DNA of 49,854 nucleotides from Girardia tigrina (lineage: Eukaryota). Position 1 is the stretch's first letter, and every line of letters begins with the position of its first letter. The DNA lies in the NCBI GenBank assembly GCA_001938485.1, contig MQRK01224352.1, forward strand, positions 1 through 49,854, given 5' to 3'. Positions 26,464-39,384 of this stretch are shown piece by piece. The notes beneath the pieces are model-generated. The model saw nothing but the letters and a program-made list of their open reading frames with translations. It ran no database searches and was not told where the DNA came from. Both the position numbers and the translations under genes were made by a program.

Positions 26464-27190
26464 TATGTGAAAAATATATACTAAAGACTAAAATGATAAA
26501 CGTTTGCATCTTTTTCTTATTATTGTTATTGTTTTTTATAATCATTATTATTTTTATTAAATATAACACGAAACTTAAACATAGGTAAAAATGTTTAAAA
26601 TAATAAGATAAATAAAAATAAGGAAATCTTTGTAAACTTTATGAAAATTAATAATAAAAAGAAATTTTTACATGAAAAACAATTTGATTATTTATATAAT
26701 TTGTATGCTAATAGTTATAAATAGTTATATTAATTAATATTATTATTTGTATAATGTTTTCTTCGTAGAATATAAACAAAATTCTGTAGATTATATTCGA
26801 AAATTTTATTCTCGTTTTAATAATTGTTCAATTAGATCAATTTCGTTTTAACATTTATATTTAATACATATTTCAAATTATCATAAATCGTGGATTATTC
26901 CATCTTTATTCCGCGGGATGGGAAAATGAGCCATGATTAGCAAGTGAAAATTAGGAAAAGCAATTAATATATTAAGAAATATAAAATTTTAAATATGTAT
27001 ATTTTATTTGTTGGGCAATTTATTATATTTTATTTTAAATTAAAATTATTTTGTTTATCAATTTATTTCGAGATTATATTGTTCCATAGAGTTTTACTTA
27101 AATACTCATTGAAAGTCTTTATCAAGTCTTTGTTAAATTTTATTCATAAACTTAAAAAACAATAAATATAACATTGAAGGTTAACAAGTA

Positions 27191-28230
27191 TTAGGTTGGA
27201 AATGGAATTTGTTGCAAATGGAATGCAGGTTTTTGATTTTTTGTATTTACCGCAATGTTATACGACTAAAGCATGTATGATGTTATGAGTCATTCGAAAG
27301 CTTAATTTTTACTCCTTTAGATATATCTGTCTAAAACGTATTATAATATTTCTTTTGTTAATAATTTTGATTTTAAATACAGATGTCAAAACGTGATTTT
27401 TGCAATATTTACTTCTACGATTTCAAGCTGGGGCGTAATGCAGCTCAAACCACTTAAAACATCAACGAAGTTTAGGGCAAGAGAGTATCAACGAATGTAC
27501 GATGCAGCGCTGGTATTAAAAGGGTTGTTCTGGCAAAACCAGCCTAGAAGATGAGCCTTATGGCACCCACCCATCGACGATCGACAATGACGAATTGAAG
27601 GAGTTGGCGGAAGCAAATCCACATACAACTGTTTGAGCACTTGCAGAAGAGCTTAACGTTGATCCCTCACGGTTAGACTCGGCACTTAAAGAAAATTTGA
27701 AAGTCAAAAAAGCTCGATAAATGGATGCCTCACGAATTGAACGAAAGTCAAAAAAATTTTCGTTTTGAGATGTCTTCAAGTTTCTTTTCTACGCAGCAAA
27801 AACAACACGTTTCTCGATCGGATTGTGACGTGTGATGAGAAGTGGATTCTCTACGACAATCAATAACACAATGGTTGGACTGCGATAACGCTCCTCATTA
27901 CTATTGGAAACCGAAACTCCAGCAAAAGAAGGTTATGATGACTGTTTGGTGGTCTGCAGCCGGTCTCATCTATCACAGCCTTCTGAATAAAGATTAAACG
28001 ACCACCACAGAGAAGTACTGCCAATAAAATGTTAAAATGAATAACGAGCTTCAACTTATGTGCCCGAGATTGGTCACACATCGCAAAACATACCCTAAAA
28101 AAGCTAAAAGAATTGGACTACGAAATTCTACCTCATCCGCCCTACTTACCGAACCTCTTGCCCACCGACTACCATTTTTTCACGCACCTGGAAAACTTCC
28201 TCCAAGAAAAACGTCTCAACCAGCTTATTG
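27191..28230 (+). mobile_element. Degraded mariner (cecropia-like) with 5' TIR
   Basis: TA|TTAGGTTGG. ATG 27383 MSKRDFCNIYFYDFKLGRNAAQT; also WMPHEL, FLDRIVTCDEKWILYDN and LLPTDYHFF. Many stops. Confidence 0.93.
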
Positions 28231-28309
28231 AGAATGATCGATTAGAATGATTTCATGCAATCGATTACATAATCATCATTTTTGTATTTATATAAAGGTG
28301 AATTAATTA

Positions 28310-28385
28310 TTAATCACTGACATGAAGATGACGGTAGATCCACCAAGTTATATTGTCTCTAAATATATTTTTTTAATGGATGAGT
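28310..28385 (+). repeat. Eroded pLTR/hammerhead copy of the 43.8-kb family
   Basis: TAATCACTGACATGAAGATGACGGTAGATCC..TATATTGTCTCTAAATATATTTTTTTAATGG aligns with 43830-43897. Confidence 0.5.
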
Positions 28386-29353
28386 TTTTTTCGATGTAAA
28401 AATAATTCAAATTTAAATTCCGACCAAGCATGCATAAACCAAAATTATACAACTTCTATCCATGTTTCAGTGAAAAGAAAAACGTATGTATTTACAAACT
28501 AATATTAAACATTCAAGGAAACTTAAGTATTAATTGAACATTCAAATTTAAAAAAAAATATAAGAAATTTTAAGGTATATTTTCACAAACTTAAAAAAAA
28601 TTGTACATAAATTGTATAATGCTACTTAAAAAAATTTCATGTTTTTTGGCAACCAATTTTTAGTTCAACATATTTTCCATAAAATGCATATCACAGACTC
28701 CGGATATCCGATCACCCAACAGACTTTTTCAGACCAAACACGTCAGTTATTGGCAAAACATGATTATTTAGTTATGTTTCATTATTTTTCGACATGTATA
28801 TATAAAAAGATTTTTTTAAATTAAAATAAAAAAATCAATAAAAAAATTAAACATAAAAAAATAAAATAAGAAATTATTAGGCAAAAAGTTTAAAGGAAAA
28901 TTTGTAAGGTTAGAAATTTAGAAATATTTTGAGTCTGATTGGAAATTCGATTTGTTATTATCCGAACGATAACAATTTGTAAAATTTATCAAAGCGAGAA
29001 TAAGAAAAAAGAAAAAAAAGTAAAAACCAAAGATTTTGTCCTATTTACGAAGAAAGTTTCAGATCAGATATTTGATATAAAATAACTAATTATCCTAAAC
29101 TATTTATTATCTATATTCTTTTCTACAAACAAAACAATGAAATTGTTATTTTCCATTGTTTACCAATGTTTTTCATAGTTTTTGAATGAAGAGTTTGGAC
29201 CCACTCGGGCCAAAGGAGAGCGCTCATCTAGGAGATAATCATAACTGTTTTTTAGATTACCTATCTTTTTTCTTTCATCGGGCAAATTGAATTGAAAGGT
29301 TAGTTAAAATTACATTGTGCCTACTTTATTTTCGACCTACTCGACATCAGTAT

Positions 29354-29872
29354 AGTGAGAAATATTTTAAATTTGATATGTTGAATTTCGTATGTTGAGT
29401 TTAGTATTTGGAAATGTGTTTCTCCCACCCAGATGGAAAATTGATATTTTAGATGTTCACGATAAATAATTATTCGAGTATAATTTATATTTTAAAGTAC
29501 AGCATAATATATTTAAAAAACTTTAAAAATATCAAATCGTTTCAAATTTTAATATTAAAAATTTAAATAAAATAAATAGTTTTAACTAAGTTTTGAATTA
29601 AATAAATGTTCTTTCTTTAAATAAAATCATTTTTAAAATAAAATTAATATATAGTTAGAATTATTACTAAAATTACAAAATTTGAACTTTAAAAATAAAA
29701 TCTGAAAATAATGAAAAATTTGTTCGATTAATTGTTTATTAAAAAACATTAACTAAAATTTATCAATTTAGAACGATGTTGAATTACGAAAGCTTGGTTG
29801 AGAGTTGTCCAAAGGACAATTCAAATTTTACTGAAAATAAAAGGTCAAAAATCCATGTTGGTGTTCTCAATA
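29354..29872 (+). repeat. Solo LTR with 5-bp TSD AGTAT
   Basis: Highly similar to 41603-42102 and 44993-45524. AGTAT at 29349-29353 and 29873-29877. Confidence 0.85.
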
Positions 29873-29949
29873 AGTATAAATTAAGTTGTCCTGTGTTCGA
29901 TTATGCATAATCGCTTCTTTGCATAATCCGATTACATAATTACGCTATC

Positions 29950-30760
29950 GTCAGTTCCAATAAGTTGCTGGTCAAAGTAACTTATTCTTTTGTAAATTGT
30001 CCAGTTCCACAACCAATATCGATGATACTCAAAGGATATCGAATTTCAAAATTTTTTGAACAATCGTCAATAATCAATAATCTTCTGCACTGTTAAGAGA
30101 ACTCACTCATTTGACAGAACATTTATTACATTCACATTTCTTATCATCTTTATGATGATCAACAGTATTGCTTTCACTTAGATCCATCAATCAATTTTCA
30201 ATATCTCCCATTATAATCTGATCTATACTTGAAAAAATTATTTTATTTAAAAATATCATTTTGGGGTCTAGTTCTTTGATCACATAAAGATCTATTAACT
30301 TTTGTGTTCCCTCAATAGCCACATTTAATTGAACGATTCCATAATTGATCATTTCTGAATCATTTGCGTAATAGATACGTTTTTTCGTTTCTCTTATTTT
30401 AATACCTTTCTTGTTTTTAATTATCTCCGCTTTAATTATATTTACTCTTGCTCCAGTGTCCAAAGGCAATGGATATTCCTATCTTTCACGTAAAAATCCA
30501 CACATGGACGTCCTTTCAGTTCTTTATAATTTATCTTAAACTTTGATATCTTGAATATTTCTGTTTTACCATTTAGTTTCTTATCATCTTGAGTTGGTGT
30601 ACTATTACACTGTTCTCGATTTACAATATCTTTACATTCTAGCGTTCTGTCAACACATCTTCTCCATACACTTCGCATAATTTTCTTCTTGCTTCTACAG
30701 CATTTTTACATTTTTGGAAGTAAAAAAGTAATACATGCCGTAAAATCTGATTCTTGCTTT
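29950..30760 (-). mobile_element. Gypsy gag-end/aspartic protease remnant
   Basis: LDTGARVNII, YYANDSEMINYGIV and LYVIKELDPKMI fit the retropepsin pattern, preceded by GRPCV and a Cys-rich gag tail. Confidence 0.8.
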
Positions 30761-30910
30761 CCATCTTTGATAGGTCAAAAATCAAATATAAATGTTTTTA
30801 ATTATTCCAACATTTTCCAAATCTAACCCTGATTACCAACTGCTAAAATAAATAATAAAGTCATGATTATTAATATAAAAAATACATTTAAAAAAGTATT
30901 AAAAAAAACC

Positions 30911-30937
30911 AAATGACTTTCCGAACAACCCAATATA
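30911..30937. repeat. Isolated mariner TIR
   Basis: AAATGACTTTCCGAACAACCCAA|TA. Confidence 0.55.
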
Positions 30938-32319
30938 TCGGGTAAAAGTTGTTTCAATTACATCTGAAGTTATGGACTTGCTTTCAAAAAAATAAGAAAC
31001 TAGTTGCGTATATTTTTCATTTTAATAAATAAATAAAATCAATATTTAATTAAAATTGCTATAAAAATTTCAGTTTAAATAGGATTGTTCTGCGGAATCA
31101 TTAAAAGCTCATAAAATAGCGAAATACATTTTAATATTGGAATCATTACCCGACTTATTTATACTTATATCTTTATTATTATTACAATTAGTTAATATAA
31201 CAAAACGTATCCCTTTTAAATGCATTTTATTGAACCCTATTCATAATTAATATTTGTTCTCATGAGTCGCTCTCATCCATTAATATATAAATTGAAATTA
31301 GAACGAGTTTAACGGATATTGTATTGAATCACCAAAATAATTTATTATTAATTAAAAAGCTGGGATGTTGAGGCAGAAACTTCACAGAATTCTCTCCTGG
31401 ACAATGGACAGTTGGTCCTGCTCATTTCCAACATTTTTCCTATATGATTTATAATTTTTTTTACTATTATTAAAATAAATTTTATACAGTTAAAATTTAT
31501 GAAAAATAATTTTATTTTTCTGCTTATTTTTTAAAAAAGATTTTCTCATCGATTTAATGAAAAGAATAAAGATTATGAAAAAGAAAAAAAAATAAAATTT
31601 AATAGTTGAATGAAAATATTATATTTTTATGTTGAAATAATTTTCAAAAATCTGACAATAAAAATTTCTATCTTTTTATTTATTATCTATTTTGATAATT
31701 AATTTATAAAAAATTTATTTTTCATTATCGATTTGGAAATTTTATTTTTCTTAGGAAAAAAATTGAAATGTCAACAATTTCTGGACAATTTTTGGAAAAA
31801 AATGAAATTTAATAATTTTAAAAAAATATTTTTAATATGTATATATATATATATATATTGATTATTATATAATTTATTATTAATTTCATTCTTTTTTATT
31901 TTATTTTTTTCAATTTCTCTACAAAGTTTATAATAATAAATAATTTATAATTTACAATATTTAAATTACATAAATTTTAATATTTAAAATAAAAAAATAT
32001 TTTGAAAAACAATGTTGAGTTTGGTTTTAAAAAATATTTTCAAATAATATAACAAATAGTATTATAATTTTTTTATTCTTCCTTATTTTTATTCTAGATA
32101 AAATTTACATATATTAAATTTCTTTATATTAATTACTTTAAATATGAAAAAATAATTTGACAAAATATTTTTTGTTCATATTAGATTTTAATATTTAATA
32201 TTTTAATATTTTAATATTAATGATATTTCTGTAGTTAGATTAGTAAATATGTTTTGTTTAATTTCATTAAATTAATTCTTTTTGCAAAACTTTTAAACAA
32301 TTTTTTAAATATTACCAAT

Positions 32320-32435
32320 AGTCAATGGCCGCAGTTGGGTACGCCGGATCTCGTCCGATCTCCGAAGTTATGCAACCAAATGCCGCGTTAGTACTTATTT
32401 GGGTTACCGATAGAGAAATTGCGGGGCCAATGACT
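32320..32435 (+). rRNA. Divergent 5S rRNA-derived sequence (pseudogene or SINE head)
   Basis: GATCTCGTCCGATCTCCGAAGTTATGCA (box A region) and GTTAGTACTT..TGGG..ACCG (box C region). Terminal helix AGTCAATGGCC/GGCCAATGACT. No poly-T terminator follows. Confidence 0.88.
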
Positions 32436-32588
32436 ACAAGTCAGGTCAGTCAAGCTACCTGCTACAGGTACCATGTAAACCTGTAATACCTGTTCATGGT
32501 CGAATGGTTGGTGACTAAACCGTCTCCCTCAACTAGAGCAACCTGGGTGAAGAGGTGTCTGGACACCACGAAATGCATCTATTAAAAT
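32320..32588 (+). mobile_element. Probable 5S-derived SINE (SINE3-like), interrupted at its 3' end by a hAT element
   Basis: The 5S head runs directly into ~145 bp of GC-richer body lacking TTTT. A hammerhead-like motif lies at 32547-32579. Confidence 0.6.
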
Positions 32589-34788
32589 CAGGGTTTCGAA
32601 CCCTTCAAATTGTTAGTTCAGGTTCGGGTTAGGTTCGATACATTATTTTGGCTTCGGGTAAAGGGTTCTTTTTCAAAAATTTCCAAGCGGAATTTTATAT
32701 AAATTAATTTTATTTTAAATAAAATAAAACAAAAATTACATTAAATTTTATTTTTTGAAAAAATTTTTTTGTTTAATCTTACGAGTAATACATTTCTTAA
32801 AGAATCCTCTGAAAGATGCACTCTTTAGGAAGCTAAAATAAACATCAATGCCGAAAAAGCCCTTTCAACACTTACCTGAGTTGGCTGAACATCTAATATG
32901 ACCTGCGCAGTTTCAAATAATAGAGGTAGATCAATTTTTTTGTTCCCAGAATTCTAAATTGTTCTAATCTTTAGAAATTCTAGGAAATGTGTCTTATATT
33001 TCCAGTTCATTTTGTATCCCAACAACAATAGTGCATTTATTGTTAATGCTTTTTTATGATGAATTCTTTTCCTTCGTTTTTAGTAGTTCTTCAAGCATAT
33101 TTGCGCCTTCATCTTCATAACTGGATATTGTGATTGTATTCGTATTTTCGGTTGTAGATTTTTCACTAGTATTTAATGTTAATGTCGTTTCTAATTTCGT
33201 ATGTAAATATATTAATTGTCTTATGGTCTTCAAAATTTTATTCAGTGCTTTGACAATGTTTTCATCATTTAATTGCAGTCTAAATCTAGGATATAAATAT
33301 ATGGCAGTGTTTAAAGGTTCGTTATCAACAAACATTTTTTCACGTCTACGAACATTTATATGCAGATCTGTACCTCATTTTTTATGTTTTTGTTTGTCCA
33401 ATTCATACATAAATTTCATCCAAAGCCCATAAAAATCTCCTAAATTCAATTGTTCATTTTGTAAGTTTAATGTTGCCCTTTTAATGGGGTTAAAAATCTC
33501 AATGAAGTCTGAAATAAAGTTTCACATAGTGTTATCCATATTTAGTTCAGGATTTATGATATTTGCACAACTTTTATATTATTATAGGCGTTGGAGTGTG
33601 TCGAAAGTTGAATTCCACCGAGTTGGCAATGAATTACAGCTTTCTTTAGGCCTAGTTTTTCGAGCAAAGAAACTTTATTTGGCGCTCTCAGATTTTTGTA
33701 GAAATCTCTGCATTTGGTAATATAATGATTCCCTGCAGATATTGTATCACAAGCTGTATCACAAGAGTATGAGCTATGGACCTAAAGTGAATGACATCGG
33801 TAAATAAATTAAAGAAATATTCCAATCCTTCCCCATTTGCATTAAAATAGTCTTCCTCTCTTTCTACTTCTTCAAGTTCAGGAGTTTCGAATTCATTTCT
33901 AAGGAATTTAGTCGCTTTTATCATATTTCTACCGTTGTCGGATGTAACTGAGGAAATTTGATTTATCTTTATACTCGATCACTTCAACTATAACATTTTT
34001 AATATAATTTGCCGTTTGTGGGCATTTAACTTCATGTATTGCTATGATTCTCAAATGAATTCTTCCATTGCCAATAACGCTTCTACCAAGCCGGGATGCT
34101 GAATCAATTTTTATGGATATTAATCGTCTTTTAATTTCGGTTTTAATTGTACTTTTTATTTTTTTTGCTTTTTTATTTACCAGATCTTTAATATTTTCTG
34201 ACTTTACACTTAATTTAAGTGTTTTCATTATTGGTTCTATGATATCGTGCATCCCAAAATTTTTGAAAATTGTAAACAGTCGTCGATTAACTGTAACTAT
34301 TTTGATGCAAGCATCAATGAAAAATTTTGAAGACATATAAATCTTGATTAAATACTCGAGAGTAACAAATAGACAACGGGAGACTAGAAAATGCTTTGGA
34401 TGTGGAATGGAGGGACATATTAGAAAAAAACTGTACAGAAAGGAGACAAATCAAATGCCATGGTTGCGGAAAGCAGGGACATGTAAGAAGAAACTGCCCG
34501 AATATCAAATATCAATTTTCAATAAAAATAAATTTCATTAAATGAAATTTTTTAAGAAATTCAAATATTCAACGGCTACTTGTTTAAAAATTTAAATCTA
34601 CAATATTGCTTTTTGAAAGTATAACAAATTTACTCTAGCTTAGAAATATTATTCAAATATCTTTACATACAAAAGTATTTCCTAAAAAAAATATAATTTG
34701 AACCTGAACCCAACCAATTTTTTAATAGGTTCGGGTTCACATAATTCATTGAACCGGAGCGGATTTAGGGTTCGAGTTCGAAACCCTG
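32589..34788 (-). mobile_element. hAT transposon with degraded transposase
   Basis: TIRs CAGGGTTTCGAAC/GTTCGAAACCCTG; 8-bp TSD ATTAAAAT/ACTAAAAT; subterminal GGTTCGG repeats. Motifs ISIKID, SDNG, AHTL, TRWNS, YLYPRF and TQVSVERAFS. Confidence 0.95.
34370..34510 (+). mobile_element. Gag fragment with two CCHC zinc knuckles inside the hAT
   Basis: KCFGCGMEGHIRK(frameshift)NCTERRQIKCHGCGKQGHVRRNCPNIK. Confidence 0.85.
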
Positions 34789-35068
34789 ACTAAAATCATC
34801 CTTCCAAACAACCAATATATCAATATCATTTCTTCAAACTATTTTTGCAAAAATATGTTTTTACAAATAAAATTAATCTTTAAATATCAGAAACTTAATA
34901 AAAAATTTTAATGTGTAAGGATTTCGGAGGTACTTAGAAGGTTTCAAAGTTTATAGATTAGAAATAAATTAAAGCAATATTATATTTTGATTTAAACAAC
35001 TAATGTTTTTGTAAAAACACAAAAATCTTGAAATTTTTATTATGACAATTATTATTAGGATTTATATA

Positions 35069-36265
35069 TTAGGTCATTTCACATTGAATGTCGGAAATAT
35101 TTTGCAAAACAAGAATAAATATTCCACGAAGATTAAGCACATTCAAACAATAGCGTATGCCCAATCATTTCTATGAGACCTGCCCACTTATAAAAGAGAT
35201 TTATTATGCCTTGCTGATAAAAATTCTGATCTTTAGAATCAAAAAACTCTTGTACACCATTTTACACATCATCCAGTGAACAAATGTTTTTTCGTATTAG
35301 ATAATGTTGCATCGAAACGAATAAATGAAAATCAGATGGTGCAATGTTCGGACGATAGGTTGGATGGGGCAGAATTTCCTTCAAATACTCCTGGATTTTA
35401 CTGTGAGTGTTCTTTGCAGCGACTGGCCTTGCATTGTCGTGCTACAAAATCAAATCTTTCATATTTGCTATTGCCAGGAAGTTTAGAAAAGATTTCTTTC
35501 AAGCGTGCCAATTTAGCGCAGTAAATATCCGAGGTACCTATTTCACCAGGTTTCAGCAGTTTGAAGTGAATAATCCCATTCATTCTTCACAACACGCATA
35601 TCAGAACTTTTTGACAATAAATGTCAGATTTTGGAGTAGACGATGAAGTTAGACCATCTGATAACCCTCCCTGCATCTTTTAGGATTATTATACATCACC
35701 CACTTTTCGTCTCCAGTGACTATTCTTTCAAGAAACGGATCATTGCTAACCGCTGAACTTTATGTTTTTCAGTAAATTGGTGTTGTACCTACACACCAGC
35801 TCTACTTACATTGCCATTGCTTTAATAAGGCAGAAAACTATCTATCCCTGTTTTATCCGCTATTTCATCTAAAGTCTGCTATGGATCTTCCGCGACTACA
35901 ATGTGGAGAGCTTCATCATCCACAGCTGATCTACGGCCTTGCTTGGTTTCGATTTTAAGATGAAATTACCGCTTCTAAATTTCGTCGTCTTTGGCACTTT
36001 TTAATTTAACATTCTAGGATAAATCTTATTGATTTCTTTTGCTATATTGGAAGCATTTTTCCTTTTCGATATTCATAAAGCATGTAATGTTACAAATGCT
36101 CTAGTTCCACAATTTTCGCTGCCTTTCAGTATCACTTGAGATAATTTTACTGTTCTTCTTAAAAATTACACAAATTCACAAAAAAATTGGCTCCTAAAAT
36201 TAGGTGGACTGCAGCTAGTTTAAGTCAGTACACAAAAATCCGACGTCCAATATGAAATGACTTAA
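35069..36265 (-). mobile_element. Full-length degraded mariner with TIRs and TA TSD
   Basis: TA|TTAGGTCATTTCACATTGAATGTCGGA ... TCCGACGTCCAATATGAAATGACTTAA|TA. FLERIVTGDEKWVMYNN. Confidence 0.93.
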
Positions 36266-38229
36266 TAAAATTTCATCTCACCAAATAAATTATTTCAAAA
36301 AATTTAAATGTAATATTTTTCTGAAATTCAAATTTCTAAAAATAAAATCAAATCTTTCCAATTAAATTTTTATAATAATAGTAATAATAATATAATTGAT
36401 TATGATGATAATAATTTATCATTATTTTATTTAATCTTTATTATTATATTTTTTATTAATACGACTTTTCTAAAAAACAAAATATTTTCATTTATTACAA
36501 ATTATTTATTAAATGAATAAAATTTATTTTAATTCTTTATTAATATTTATAAATTTATTTCTTTTTCTTACCGGTTTTCAAAACATATCCTTCTTTATCT
36601 GTAAAATATTTTATTAAAATTCACAATTTATTATAATTAAAATATCTTTCACTCAATAAAATAATAAAAAGTAGTTTTAATAGCAATCTATCACATAATT
36701 ATTTTTTAAAATTAAAATATAAATTTATTGATTATTTTTGATTAATTATTATTTTATAATAATTATTTTTTTATAATTATGTGATAATAAAATATTTAAA
36801 TATATTACATTATATATATATAATTACTTTTGTACAATTAATTTAAAATAATAAAATATTTTTACTGATCAATTTTAATTAACTGTCATTTTAATAATTA
36901 TAAAAAAAATATTAAAAATTTTATATTTAAATATAATGATTTACAAGATATTAGGTAAAATAATAATTTGGCATTATTTATATATATTTATTGATCATTA
37001 TTTTTAAAAATTTATTAAAGTAAATTAATTAATTTTTGGTTAAATGTTTTGTAATGTTTTTTTTCTATTACTTTAATGATCAAATTGTCTATTTTTTAAA
37101 ACAATTTTGCGAATATATTTTCTGGGAAAATTCAAAATTTTCCTGTAAAATCATAAACAGTTTTATCAACAAATATCCTTGATGTCCGCGACTTATTTAG
37201 ATTATTTTATCGTCGCTTCTTTGACACAAATCTGCCAGTAGAAATTTTCGCGGTCAATTTTATTTAAAGATATTTTTTTGAAAATAAAATTTATTTTTTA
37301 TTTTATATATTCGATTATTAATATTAGAAACATTTTTTTAATTGTTTTTAATGTTTTTAATTTTTTTAAATAATGTTCTGTTAATGATTTATAATTTTTA
37401 CAATATAATTTTTGATCCCAAATAAATTGGAGAAACTTGTCTTCATGTCTTTGAACGAATTCAGGAATAGAACTGAATTGCTCAACATGGAAATAATTTT
37501 TAAGATTTTGAGTTCGATATTTATTGATTACAGAGAAAAAGTGATATATCAGTCATTGTTGATCGAAATATTTTGGTACTTAAATCAATGTTTAAACACC
37601 GTCTTTTTCAACGTTATTAAAAGTAATTTTATGACTTTGAAATTACATAAGCATTGAATGAACATCGATCTTGGATGTAAATATGAACCTGTCATCGTGC
37701 GTCTTTCTAAAGAATAAGGTTGATCCTTTGAAATTTATAATAGTAAATTACAATGAACGAATTTATTGTTTAAATCATTATGAGGAAGCCTAAAGTTCAA
37801 GTTATTGATCCTGATACTTTCTTATGTTAAACCGAAAAAAAATTCAATTTAAAAACTTCAACGAAGTATCAACAAATATATACATATTTTATGCTGATAA
37901 TAATTTTGAACCAACAAAAGAATAATAATCGCTAATTTATGGTTGCTATGATCAGTTCAAAACACGAAACAATGTCAATTGATGATGAATATGATTCCGA
38001 ATAATCGTAAAAAAAAGGCACGGAAATAAGTTTCAAACATGGAATTTGTACAATTGGTAGTAGAAAGGAATAGTTTCCTTAATGTTGGTGATATGTATAT
38101 AATTTTTTAGAAAGTCAAATTTCTTCATCGATTTCTGAATATTTTTCGGATTCCTAATAGTCCACCTATGCTTTCAAGAACTTGATGATTTATACTAGCA
38201 CAATATTTTGTTCTAAAATTGATACCAAA

Positions 38230-39384
38230 TTGTGCATCGTTTGCAATGAGCAAGCTCATTCCTTTATCTAAGAAACATGAATAAAATGCTTTTTTATAAT
38301 TAGTTCTTTCGAAAAACTTTCCCAAGCAATATTAACCTATTTTGAAATCAACTCATATGGTGGAGGTTTTTTTTCTACCAGATTTGGTACGCTCACAAGC
38401 ATCAGATTGAAACCATTGAGCAGTTTTGTACCACAGGCAGTCTTTTAATGGTTAAAACCCAAAATAATCCGCTAGCTGAAGAAGACTGGTAAAACTGCCT
38501 GGGATAATACAAAAAAATCTTTATTTTTTTGCAAATGCTTTTTTACCTCTTTGGAAATATGGCATTGGGCACTATCAAATATAAGAAGTTCATTAGGTCG
38601 TGCAGTTACCACGGGGAACATGTACTCAATCCAGATTTTGAACAATATCGTGTTGATCCAGGAGTTTGTAACTGTAATTTGAACAACTCCATTTTTTGTA
38701 GAGATTAATTTATTTTTTTCTTTAAAAATAATAGTCAGGGAAAGTTTTGTTCCCGCTGCATATGCAACACAAATACTAGTGACCCTAAATCTAGACATAC
38801 TAGCTGCTACAAAAGGGACATTTTACACCAACTTGTTCGATAGTTTTGAAATGATCATGTTCGATAAAGATTGCCATTTCATCAAAATTATAAATATTTT
38901 TGGCAGAATCTTTTATTCCTTAATGAGGCCTTTGAGATGAATAATAAAGCTTAATCCTATTTCGATCACTTAATCATCATCTAAGCAACATATTTTGTTA
39001 GCTTTCTGATTGTTAAATGGTTTTTCATAAGAAATTTATCCAGCCAACCAGTAGATGCCTCAAATATTGAAGGATCCAATTCCAAAGCAATCTTTTTAGC
39101 CCATTGAACAATAATTTTTCTCGATACAATTTTTTTTGAAGTAGCCATCTTTAATTTTATCAACTAAAAAACCATCTAAATCAACGCATTCCATTTTTTT
39201 CTAGTGCCGTCCAAGCGATAGCGAACTGGATCTGTACCACAAATAGCTTCTTCGGCCGCAAACCATTCTGTCAGTGTTTTACGATCCCTTTTAAATTTTT
39301 TAATGTTTGAAGCTTGTTGCCTCCAGCCTGATAATCATTAATTGCTTCTAATTTATATTGGTTGCTATGCTTGTTAGATTTCAT
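38230..39384 (-). mobile_element. pogo/Tigger-type transposase remnant (CENP-B HTH plus DDE_1)
   Basis: FEASTGWLDKF, IYNFDE, SWIN..F..W, LLIFDSAQCH and PGSFTSLLQLAD. TIRs not identified. Confidence 0.9.

Noticed and set aside
32320-32435. Functional 5S rRNA gene or 5S/spliced-leader unit
   Set aside because: It is a single divergent copy with a short deletion near the 5' end and no T-run terminator. No flatworm SL exon (ending ATG|GT) with an Sm site was seen.
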